DNA of 64,000 bases from Bacteroidota bacterium (GTDB taxonomy: Bacteria; Bacteroidota; Bacteroidia; Bacteroidales; JAAUTT01), in contig JAUZOO010000005.1 of assembly GCA_030706405.1 (NCBI GenBank), positions 312,376 through 376,375 of the forward strand, in the 5' to 3' direction. Below, in pieces: positions 57,075 through 64,000 of the stretch (position 1 is the stretch's first letter; each line of letters opens with the position of its first letter). The position numbers were made by a program, and so were the translations under genes. The notes under the pieces were generated by a model. It was not told where the DNA came from, made no database searches, and saw only the letters and a program-made list of their open reading frames with translations.

Positions 57075-58577
57075 TTATTGTATCAATTTGTCGAAATCTT
57101 CAAGCAATGGTTTTTGATTGATAAAATCGAAAAGAGTTAACTGGCGTAGCGTATAAAAATACGTCCAGTAATCGCGCAATGCCCCGATATACTGACGTTT
57201 TGCCGAGTCCTTTTCTTTTAAGGCATCATTCAGGTTGAGTACATCAATTTTACCAATGAGAAACCGCTGCTTGGTTACATCGTAGCGGAATTGGCCAATG
57301 GTATCGGTTTTCGCAGCAATCATTACCTGCTCGTTTTGAAGATTAAATTGCATCACCTGAAGAAAGACATTTTGTTCGAAATCTGTTTGTTCTTGTTTTA
57401 TCTGAACATTTATAAGTTCCTGATTGGATTGCGCCATCTTTACCCTTCCGCGACCACGCCCCCAATCCATTAAGGGAACACTGATTCCTAACTGAACCTG
57501 TTGCTTATCGTTAAATGGACTCTTATAAGCCAAATCGACAGCACTCGTTTCCAAGTGGTTTTTACCGTACGATGCATATAAATTTATGGTTTTGCGGCTA
57601 CCTTTTGCCTGAGCAACATCCCGGTCAGCCTCTATCTGCCGTCGCTTCCATGCTATTACATCAGGATTATTTTTATTAGCCAAATCAAGGACATTGACAT
57701 ATTCCACTTGTAAGGTTGGAATTTTATCGGGTAATGCTAATTCAAAATCCATTTTTTCGTTATACCCAAGAAATGATCCCAAACGCGCTTTCTGCAATTG
57801 AAGATTCACATCGGCCTGAGTAAGGGCAATTTTTGAATTTAAATAACTTAACTGCATCTGCAACAAATCATTCTGAGCAATTGTCCCGATATTATAACGC
57901 CCTTGCGCAATTTTAAATAACGTATCACTATTATTGAAATTTATCTTGGCAATCCGCAGATTTAACTGAGCCTGAGCCATATCAAAAAACCGAGTTATTG
58001 CTTTCAATGTCAATTGCTCAATAGCATCAACATAATTTTTTTTAGCTTCATCATAAGCTAAGGGTTGGATCTTTCGTTCCCACTTCATGCTATTATAGGC
58101 AAACAGCGGCTGGTTATATGTGATACTAACCGGTGTTGAGAGATACTTGGTTGACGAAGAAGCTCCTAACTTATTAATTTGCTGCAAACTTGTATTTAAC
58201 GCAATATTTCCGCCGGTTAACCCAATATTCTGGTTTAATGATAATTTCCCAAAATTCGTAACACTATTTTTTTCAATAATGCTTTGGGTATTGTCATCGA
58301 ACGTGATTGACCTGTCGAAATTAGGAAGAGTCCCATCAAAAACCACCGAAGGCAGGTAGTTTGCCCGAAAGCTTCGGTATTGCCAGTAACTGGCCCTAAA
58401 CTTGTTACGCGCCAACATGGCGTCGGGCGATTGTTCTTTGGCGATGCGCATTACATCGTCCATCGAAAATTTTACCAGCTTTTGGGAAGTTGCAGGCCGG
58501 CAAAGCATTAATGCTAATATAATTATACAATATTTCATCCGTACAAAATTATTTTTCAAAGGTCGGATGCAGCTCAC
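57075..58577 (-). CDS. TolC-family outer-membrane efflux protein
   Basis: 500-aa ORF. The more likely start is the ATG at 58538, giving MKYCIIILALMLCRPATSQ. It has two-fold repeated coiled-coil/beta-barrel architecture and is the last gene of an adaptor-permease-OMP operon. Confidence 0.8.
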   Translation of the reverse strand: MSCIRPLKNNFVRMKYCIIILALMLCRPATSQKLVKFSMDDVMRIAKEQSPDAMLARNKFRASYWQYRSFRANYLPSVVFDGTLPNFDRSITFDDNTQSIIEKNSVTNFGKLSLNQNIGLTGGNIALNTSLQQINKLGASSSTKYLSTPVSITYNQPLFAYNSMKWERKIQPLAYDEAKKNYVDAIEQLTLKAITRFFDMAQAQLNLRIAKINFNNSDTLFKIAQGRYNIGTIAQNDLLQMQLSYLNSKIALTQADVNLQLQKARLGSFLGYNEKMDFELALPDKIPTLQVEYVNVLDLANKNNPDVIAWKRRQIEADRDVAQAKGSRKTINLYASYGKNHLETSAVDLAYKSPFNDKQQVQLGISVPLMDWGRGRGRVKMAQSNQELINVQIKQEQTDFEQNVFLQVMQFNLQNEQVMIAAKTDTIGQFRYDVTKQRFLIGKIDVLNLNDALKEKDSAKRQYIGALRDYWTYFYTLRQLTLFDFINQKPLLEDFDKLIQ

Positions 58578-58633
58578 ATGCCGGTTTTGTTCATGTAAGT
58601 TTGCATTCCGTGTAAAACATGCTCGGTTTATGA

Positions 58634-60001
58634 TTATTCGTATCTGAGTGATTCAATAGGATCGCGCTCCGAGGCCCGTTTGGCCGGAGAATATCCAAAA
58701 ATAATGCCCACAGAAGCAGAAACAACAAACGCCACAATAACCGAAAATGGTGAAATTATGGTAACAATGTTTGCCAAATGAGATATGAGCATTGAGGCTA
58801 CAACACCGAGCACAACGCCGATAAGTCCACCGGAAACGCTGATAAGCACGGCTTCGGAAAGAAACTGAACAACAATATCCATTTTCTTGGCGCCAATGGC
58901 CATGCGGGTACCAATTTCCTTAATTCGCTCCATTACCGAAGCAAACATGATGTTCATGATGCCTATCCCGCCGACAACCAGGGATATACTGGCAATAGCG
59001 CCAAGCACAAAGTTGAAAATTTCCTTTGTCTTTTGCTGCTGCTTGAGCAACATCTCCGGAACAGTGATGTCCACATCCTTAACATCAGAATGCCTGCGAC
59101 TGATAAGCCGGCTTACCACCTCAACTGTAGGTTGTAACTGCTCGGTTTCTTTTACCTGTACCACAATTTTATCAAGCTGGTTCATGTTTGTCTTTTTTTG
59201 AACCGTCTGTCCCATAGCGGTCTGCTCGGCGGCCTGACGAATCGTCTCGGCAGTAATTTGCCCCCGGTTTTGGTAACGTAACAACATCGTTTTCACCGGG
59301 ATAAAAATATTATCGTTAATAACGTTAACCCCGGCATTAAGATAACCGGTAAGCTTGATGTTATTTTTTTCGATAACCCCGATAACCCTCAGCCAAACTT
59401 TTCCAAACTTAATATATTGACCAACAGGATTAGACTGCGGGAAAAACTTACTTTGAATATTCGCACCAATGATACAAACAGCCATACCTTCTTCCTCCTG
59501 ACCGGGATCAAAATACCCCCCTTTTTCGAGTTTCAGGTTATAAATGTCGAAATAATCGCGAGATACCCCGAAAAGTTTAGCCTCCTGTTTCACCCCCGAG
59601 AGTATTGCATTGTTAGAAACAATAATCTCAGGACTTATCAGCTTAATAGTTGGCAAAGATGCTTTGATGGCATTAACATCATTAAGGGTGAGCCCCGGTG
59701 AAAATTTCTTGCTTTGCGAGTTCACATCGCTGGTTGATTGAGAACCCGTTCCGGAAGCAGAACCGGACTCGTCGGCCTTTTCCTCAATAATTCGTGGCAT
59801 GATAACAATATTATTTACCCCTACCATCTTTATCTGCTCCAGAATTTCCTGTTGGGCGCCGTTACCTATAGCTAGCATACTGATTACAGCTGCTACACCA
59901 AAGATAATACCCAACGCAGTAAGAAACGACCTAAGTTTGTTAGAGAGGATCGATTCAAACGCGATGTTGATGTCGTGAAAATATCGTTTTAAAAACCCCA
60001 T
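58634..60001 (-). CDS. ABC transporter permease, MacB/FtsX-like with a periplasmic core domain
   Basis: 455-aa ORF. It has an N-terminal TM, a large periplasmic domain and a C-terminal FtsX motif (MERIKEIGTRMAIGAKKMDIVVQFLSEAVLIS). Confidence 0.85.
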   Translation of the reverse strand: MGFLKRYFHDINIAFESILSNKLRSFLTALGIIFGVAAVISMLAIGNGAQQEILEQIKMVGVNNIVIMPRIIEEKADESGSASGTGSQSTSDVNSQSKKFSPGLTLNDVNAIKASLPTIKLISPEIIVSNNAILSGVKQEAKLFGVSRDYFDIYNLKLEKGGYFDPGQEEEGMAVCIIGANIQSKFFPQSNPVGQYIKFGKVWLRVIGVIEKNNIKLTGYLNAGVNVINDNIFIPVKTMLLRYQNRGQITAETIRQAAEQTAMGQTVQKKTNMNQLDKIVVQVKETEQLQPTVEVVSRLISRRHSDVKDVDITVPEMLLKQQQKTKEIFNFVLGAIASISLVVGGIGIMNIMFASVMERIKEIGTRMAIGAKKMDIVVQFLSEAVLISVSGGLIGVVLGVVASMLISHLANIVTIISPFSVIVAFVVSASVGIIFGYSPAKRASERDPIESLRYE

Positions 60002-60033
60002 TATGTACCGTATTAATATTTAAACAACAGATC

Positions 60034-61473
60034 TTATCCTCTACCTCCACGTCCACCCATATTACGTGGGCCGCTTGGTCCGCCGTTTCTCTGCGGAACT
60101 CCACCCTGTGGACTACCTCCGGGCTGTTGCATTTTAATTTCGCGTTTAGCGCGCTCTTCCTTTTCTTTTTGACGCTCCATTTCCTCTTTCTCTTTTTTCC
60201 TCTTAGCCTCTTTGGCTTTTATAAGAGGAATTAATTCCTGACCTTCCTTTTTGAATTTCTCAGGCTTTTCAGGAGTTCCGAGATAAATATCTTCGCCCGA
60301 CTTCAATCCTTTTTCAATAATTACCTGATTATCGTTCATCGTTCCAAGAAGTACAATTTGTTTTACCCCATCCTTCTTATAAACAAACGGGATAGAATCC
60401 TCGTTATGAATAGCATCTATAGGAATATATGTGACATCTTTAAACTTATTAATAACAACAGAGTTACTCGTTGTCATATAAGGTCGAAGCACCGGATCGG
60501 AGCCATTGATGCGGATAATGACCTCGAACACCTTAGTATCGCTACCCTGCATTTGTTCGCCTACATTAGATACTTTTATTACTTCGCCGGTATATTTTTT
60601 ATCGGGGAAAGCATCAACGCCAAGACGAACTTTTTGGCCAACTTTAATCTGGTTAATGTCAATTTCGCTCACATAGGTTTTCGATATCATCACCGACAAA
60701 TCGGGCAGAGTAGCAACGGTATTGTCCCAAGCGGAAACAGTTGATCCAACTTTACGTTTATCGCCACGCCGTTCCTTGGCATAGATAAGCATCCCACGTT
60801 TAGGTGCTGTAATTACAAACTTGTCCATCACCTTGTTAATCTCTTCGATTCGGCGCTCGGGCCGACGCATATTAAACTCGGCATCGCGCATATTGGCATC
60901 GGCCTGACGCACTTTGAGCTTATAATTTTTCTTGGAATTTTCATAATCGCGTTTGGCCTTATCTAATGCGATCTGAGCCTGACGGATGGTTGCTGGTGGC
61001 TCATATTTCGACTGGTCGAGCGCTATTTGTTTTTCTTCGCGGTCGTATCCCAAATTTTGAATCTGATCACGGAGATCTCTCAACTGAATTGTTGTATCGA
61101 GCTGTGTTTTTATATAATTTGATTTCTGACGATCCAGATCGTCTTGTACTTCGCGTAAACGGGTAGTAATATCGGTTTTATCGAGTGTTGCCACGTATTC
61201 GCCGGAATCTACGACCGAGCCTTCGGGAATAAGGTCCTGAATTTTAACCTGGTACACCCGTACCATATCACTCATTAATTCGGGCGGGGCAATAATATTT
61301 TCTTTGTTCATGGCTTCCAGTTCACCGGTTACGGCCACCAGCACTTCAAATTCGCCCTTTTGTACTTTAGTAAAAATCTGGGCGTCTTTTGGTTTTTTAC
61401 TCCTCGAAACGACAGTAATGGCTATCAGCAAAATAGCCACCCCGACGAGGATAAAAATCTTCTTCTTGTTCAT
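60034..61473 (-). CDS. efflux transporter periplasmic adaptor (HlyD/MacA-like) with a charged Gly/Arg-rich C-terminal tail
   Basis: 479-aa ORF. It has an N-terminal TM, a long coiled-coil hairpin and a beta-barrel domain. The tail reads AKEAKRKKEKEEMERQKEKEERAKREIKMQQPGGSPQGGVPQRNGGPSGPRNMGGRGGRG. Confidence 0.8.
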   Translation of the reverse strand: MNKKKIFILVGVAILLIAITVVSRSKKPKDAQIFTKVQKGEFEVLVAVTGELEAMNKENIIAPPELMSDMVRVYQVKIQDLIPEGSVVDSGEYVATLDKTDITTRLREVQDDLDRQKSNYIKTQLDTTIQLRDLRDQIQNLGYDREEKQIALDQSKYEPPATIRQAQIALDKAKRDYENSKKNYKLKVRQADANMRDAEFNMRRPERRIEEINKVMDKFVITAPKRGMLIYAKERRGDKRKVGSTVSAWDNTVATLPDLSVMISKTYVSEIDINQIKVGQKVRLGVDAFPDKKYTGEVIKVSNVGEQMQGSDTKVFEVIIRINGSDPVLRPYMTTSNSVVINKFKDVTYIPIDAIHNEDSIPFVYKKDGVKQIVLLGTMNDNQVIIEKGLKSGEDIYLGTPEKPEKFKKEGQELIPLIKAKEAKRKKEKEEMERQKEKEERAKREIKMQQPGGSPQGGVPQRNGGPSGPRNMGGRGGRG

Positions 61474-61693
61474 AGGTTATTTATTAGGAGATGTTTGTTA
61501 ATAATGTCTTACAGTTCAACCTTGACCACTGATTCCGGTAACATTTTGCCCATTAACCGATGCCGTATAAATCAAAGCATAATAATCGTAAAAACAGAAT
61601 GTGATTTACAATTATCAAGCCAAACTTTCAGTGAAACACAATTCGGTGTCAAATTTGTGTTACAAAAATTTAAAATACTGATACAAATTTATT

Positions 61694-61750
61694 AATACCG
61701 GGCAAGGCTCTCTTCCTCCTTACCTTAACCTCATTGCCCTGCCCGGTATT
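61694..61750 (-). terminator. hairpin downstream of glmM
   Basis: AATACCGGGCA (61694-61704) pairs with TGCCCGGTATT (61740-61750) in an 11-bp perfect stem. The loop is large (35 nt) and AT-rich sequence follows on the minus strand. Confidence 0.45.
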
Positions 61751-61756
61751 TTGTAA

Positions 61757-63148
61757 TTATATTAAAGCCTTAATATCGCCTATAATCCGAAGAGCCAAGT
61801 TGTCTGCGGCTTCTTTCGATTTACTTTCGGCATAAATTCGGATAATGGGTTCGGTATTTGATTTCCGCAGATGAACCCATTCAGCCGGGAAATCAATCTT
61901 CACCCCGTCAATATCATTAACCTGTTCATTCTTATACTTTTCTTTCATTTTTACAAGAATGCCGTCAACATCGATACCGGCGGTTAATTCAATCTTATTT
62001 TTGGAGATGTAATACTCCGGATAGCTGGCACGAAGCTGAGAGCATGTTTTCCCGGATTTTGCCAAATGGGTAAGAAACAAAGCTATTCCCACGAGGGCAT
62101 CGCGTCCGTAATGAAGCTCAGGGTAGATAACGCCTCCGTTTCCTTCGCCCCCAATAACCACATTGTTTTGTTTCATGGCCGAGACAACGTTCACTTCGCC
62201 CACGGCTGCTGCGGTATATTTACCTCCATGTTTTTCGGTAACATCGCGCAAAGCCCTAGACGACGAAAGATTGGAGCAGGTATTTCCCGGAGTTTTACCA
62301 AGAATATAATCGGCAACGGCAACCAACGTATATTCTTCGCCAAACATAGAACCATCCTCATTTACCAAAGCCAAACGATCTACATCCGGATCAACGACGA
62401 AGCCCACATGAGCGCCTTTTTCTTTGGTAACTTTGGATATTTCGGTAAGATGTTCGGGAAGCGGTTCGGGATTATGCGGGAAGCGGCCATTAGGTTCGCA
62501 GTACAACTCATAAACTTCATTCACTCCCAAAGCTTTTAATAGTTTAGGAAGGACAATGCCGCCCACAGAATTTACACAGTCGATAGCCACTTTAAAATTC
62601 ATGGCACGAATTGCGTCCACGTCAACTAGTTTAAGCTTAAGCACTTGGTCGATATGTTCCTGGGTATAATCCTTAACCGTAATATCTCCAAGCTGATCCA
62701 CATCGGCAAACTGATAATCATCGGTTTCGGCCATGGTAAGTACCAGCTTACCTTCCTTATCGTTTAAAAATTCGCCGTGTTTATTCAGCAATTTAAGTGC
62801 GTTCCATTGTTTTGGATTGTGGCTTGCGGTGAGGATAATTCCTCCGTCGGCTCTTTCGGCAGGCACAGCAATCTCCACCGTAGGGGTTGTGGCTAAACCG
62901 ATATCCACTACATCAATACCCATTCCCGAAAGGGTGCCGGTTACGATTTGCTGTACCATTTTGCCCGAAATACGAGCATCGCGGCCAACTACAATACTAA
63001 CACGTTCACCATCGGACTTGCCCGACTGTTTTTTTACCCAGGCGCCAAAAGCTGCCGTAAACTTAACGGTATCGAGAGGCGTAAGTCCTTCGCCGGGAGC
63101 TCCACCAATGGTACCCCGAATCCCTGAAATTGATTTAATTAAAGTCAT
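61757..63148 (-). CDS. glmM: phosphoglucosamine mutase
   Basis: 463-aa ORF. It has the active-site loop GIILTASHNP, the metal-binding VVDPDVDRLAL and the sugar-binding GGEGNGG. Confidence 0.88.
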   Translation of the reverse strand: MTLIKSISGIRGTIGGAPGEGLTPLDTVKFTAAFGAWVKKQSGKSDGERVSIVVGRDARISGKMVQQIVTGTLSGMGIDVVDIGLATTPTVEIAVPAERADGGIILTASHNPKQWNALKLLNKHGEFLNDKEGKLVLTMAETDDYQFADVDQLGDITVKDYTQEHIDQVLKLKLVDVDAIRAMNFKVAIDCVNSVGGIVLPKLLKALGVNEVYELYCEPNGRFPHNPEPLPEHLTEISKVTKEKGAHVGFVVDPDVDRLALVNEDGSMFGEEYTLVAVADYILGKTPGNTCSNLSSSRALRDVTEKHGGKYTAAAVGEVNVVSAMKQNNVVIGGEGNGGVIYPELHYGRDALVGIALFLTHLAKSGKTCSQLRASYPEYYISKNKIELTAGIDVDGILVKMKEKYKNEQVNDIDGVKIDFPAEWVHLRKSNTEPIIRIYAESKSKEAADNLALRIIGDIKALI

Positions 63149-63180
63149 AAATTAAAACTTTATATAGCTGATATTAAAAA

Positions 63181-63276
63181 ATTACGAATTACGAATTACG
63201 AATTACGAATTACGAATTACGAATTACGAATTACGAATTACGAATTACGAATTACGAATTACGAATTACGAATTAC
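63181..63276. repeat. heptanucleotide microsatellite (ATTACGA)x13.7
   Basis: A perfect tandem repeat of ATTACGA runs from 63181 to 63276 (96 nt). It lies between the cupin gene stop (63322) and the glmM start (63148). Confidence 0.95.
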
Positions 63277-63321
63277 TTTAAATAAATTTTAATTGTTATC
63301 CAAGATAATCGTAAATTCACT

Positions 63322-63795
63322 TCACTTTATTCCACAACGAAACAGCAAATAACTGATATACTGACTGCTCTGCGGGTCTCCTTCCTTTGGGGCCCAGGTA
63401 GCAAAATTTTTATCGTTAAGCGGAGAATACGGCCCCTCCTTGGCTTCATAAACTACGGTACCCGGTTCCAACGGAACAATACAGTGCCATGTCCGGGGCT
63501 GAATCTCGGTTCCCAATACACCATCCGCAGCCGATAATATGCAATAAGTGGTTACTTCACCGGCATCGTCAAACTCGGCTACTAAAGCCCGTCCTTTTAA
63601 TATAATAAACGCCTCTATTTTGTCGGGGTTTTCATGCTTATGCGGCTGAACGTAAGTTCCCGGCTCCATGGCATTCAACATTCGCTGAACCACAGCATCC
63701 AACGTCTCGTGAAAATTATAGTTTTGTCGTTTACGTGCCGATACTCCAGCCTGAGAAGAAACCTCAGAAAGAAGCTGACTATCAATTATCTTCAT
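63322..63795 (-). CDS. cupin-fold metalloprotein, WbuC-like
   Basis: 157-aa ORF. RKRQNYNFHETLDAVVQRMLNAMEPGTYVQPHKHENPDK fits the recalled WbuC-family cupin pattern. Confidence 0.55.
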   Translation of the reverse strand: MKIIDSQLLSEVSSQAGVSARKRQNYNFHETLDAVVQRMLNAMEPGTYVQPHKHENPDKIEAFIILKGRALVAEFDDAGEVTTYCILSAADGVLGTEIQPRTWHCIVPLEPGTVVYEAKEGPYSPLNDKNFATWAPKEGDPQSSQYISYLLFRCGIK

Positions 63796-64000
63796 AAAAA
63801 ATGTTAATTATTTCCAAACCCGAAAGGTAAAAAAATTATAAGTTATAACAAAACCAGCAGGTTAGGTTTATTTTTTTGAAGATAATTTCCGCTATTTTTC
63901 GTCCGGAAATATTAACTTTGCGCACTTTTATTCGTAAATTGAACAACCCTTGTGATAAGGGCATTAAAAAGTGATAATTTATTAACTTCCAGAACAATGA

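Noticed and set aside
95-63155. Numerous 60-170-aa ORFs nested in or antisense to long genes. Examples are 95-301, 671-1066, 1730-2149, 3461-3910, 5224-5739, 9133-9420 and 11375-11731. Further examples are 25949-26347, 31521-31985, 33622-34023, 37501-37893, 48368-48838, 52543-52902, 60358-60744, 61360-61695, 62066-62539 and 62733-63155.
   Set aside because: Each lies wholly within, or substantially overlaps, a long ORF with clear family motifs on the other strand or frame. Their translations are low complexity or unrecognisable, so they are shadow ORFs.

Overview
This is a Bacteroidota-type chromosomal segment, judged from SusC/SusD pairs, a hybrid two-component regulator and a T9SS sorting domain. 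It has three parts.

(1) 1-39327 is one large polysaccharide-utilisation region. It holds a partial GH5, two GH2, four GH3, a GH36, a GH43, a CE15-like esterase and a DUF4832-like putative hydrolase. It also holds two tandem SusC/SusD pairs, an HTCS regulator and one uncharacterised secreted protein. The last gene is a 1364-aa GH3 with CARDB, two discoidin/CBM32-like and two PKD-like modules and a T9SS C-terminal domain.

(2) 39328-42479 is an anomalous 3.1-kb insertion that is repeat-structured and mostly ORF-free. This is the most interesting part of the window.
- It carries a single AT-rich gene (39907-41217). The gene encodes a TIR-like/nucleoside-deoxyribosyltransferase-like N-terminal domain fused to an unrecognisable C-terminal domain.
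- The gene is bracketed by near-identical 77-nt direct repeats.
- A 22-bp tandem array lies upstream of the gene.
- Downstream is a 1.26-kb ORF-free tract with a 21-bp-phased iteron-like array and several perfect inverted repeats.
- I read it as a candidate repeat-bounded accessory or defence cassette of undescribed type. No recombinase, cyclase, reverse transcriptase or other partner gene is present.

(3) 42480-64000 is mostly ordinary core genome. It holds a GH78-like enzyme with a divergent AraC regulator, tRNA-Leu(TAA) and tRNA-Gly(GCC), and mutS. It continues with a TrmN6-like methyltransferase, a TIGR02757-like protein, an ABC ATPase, tatA and secDF. It ends with a retropepsin-like protease, mdh, a TolC/FtsX-permease/HlyD efflux operon, glmM and a WbuC-like cupin. 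One oddity here is a (ATTACGA)x13.7 heptanucleotide microsatellite directly upstream of glmM.

Clusters of short palindromic hairpins built around GGCGGAATT-NNN-AATTCCGCC recur in PUL intergenic spacers. All family assignments come from motifs read by eye and recalled knowledge. No database search was run.
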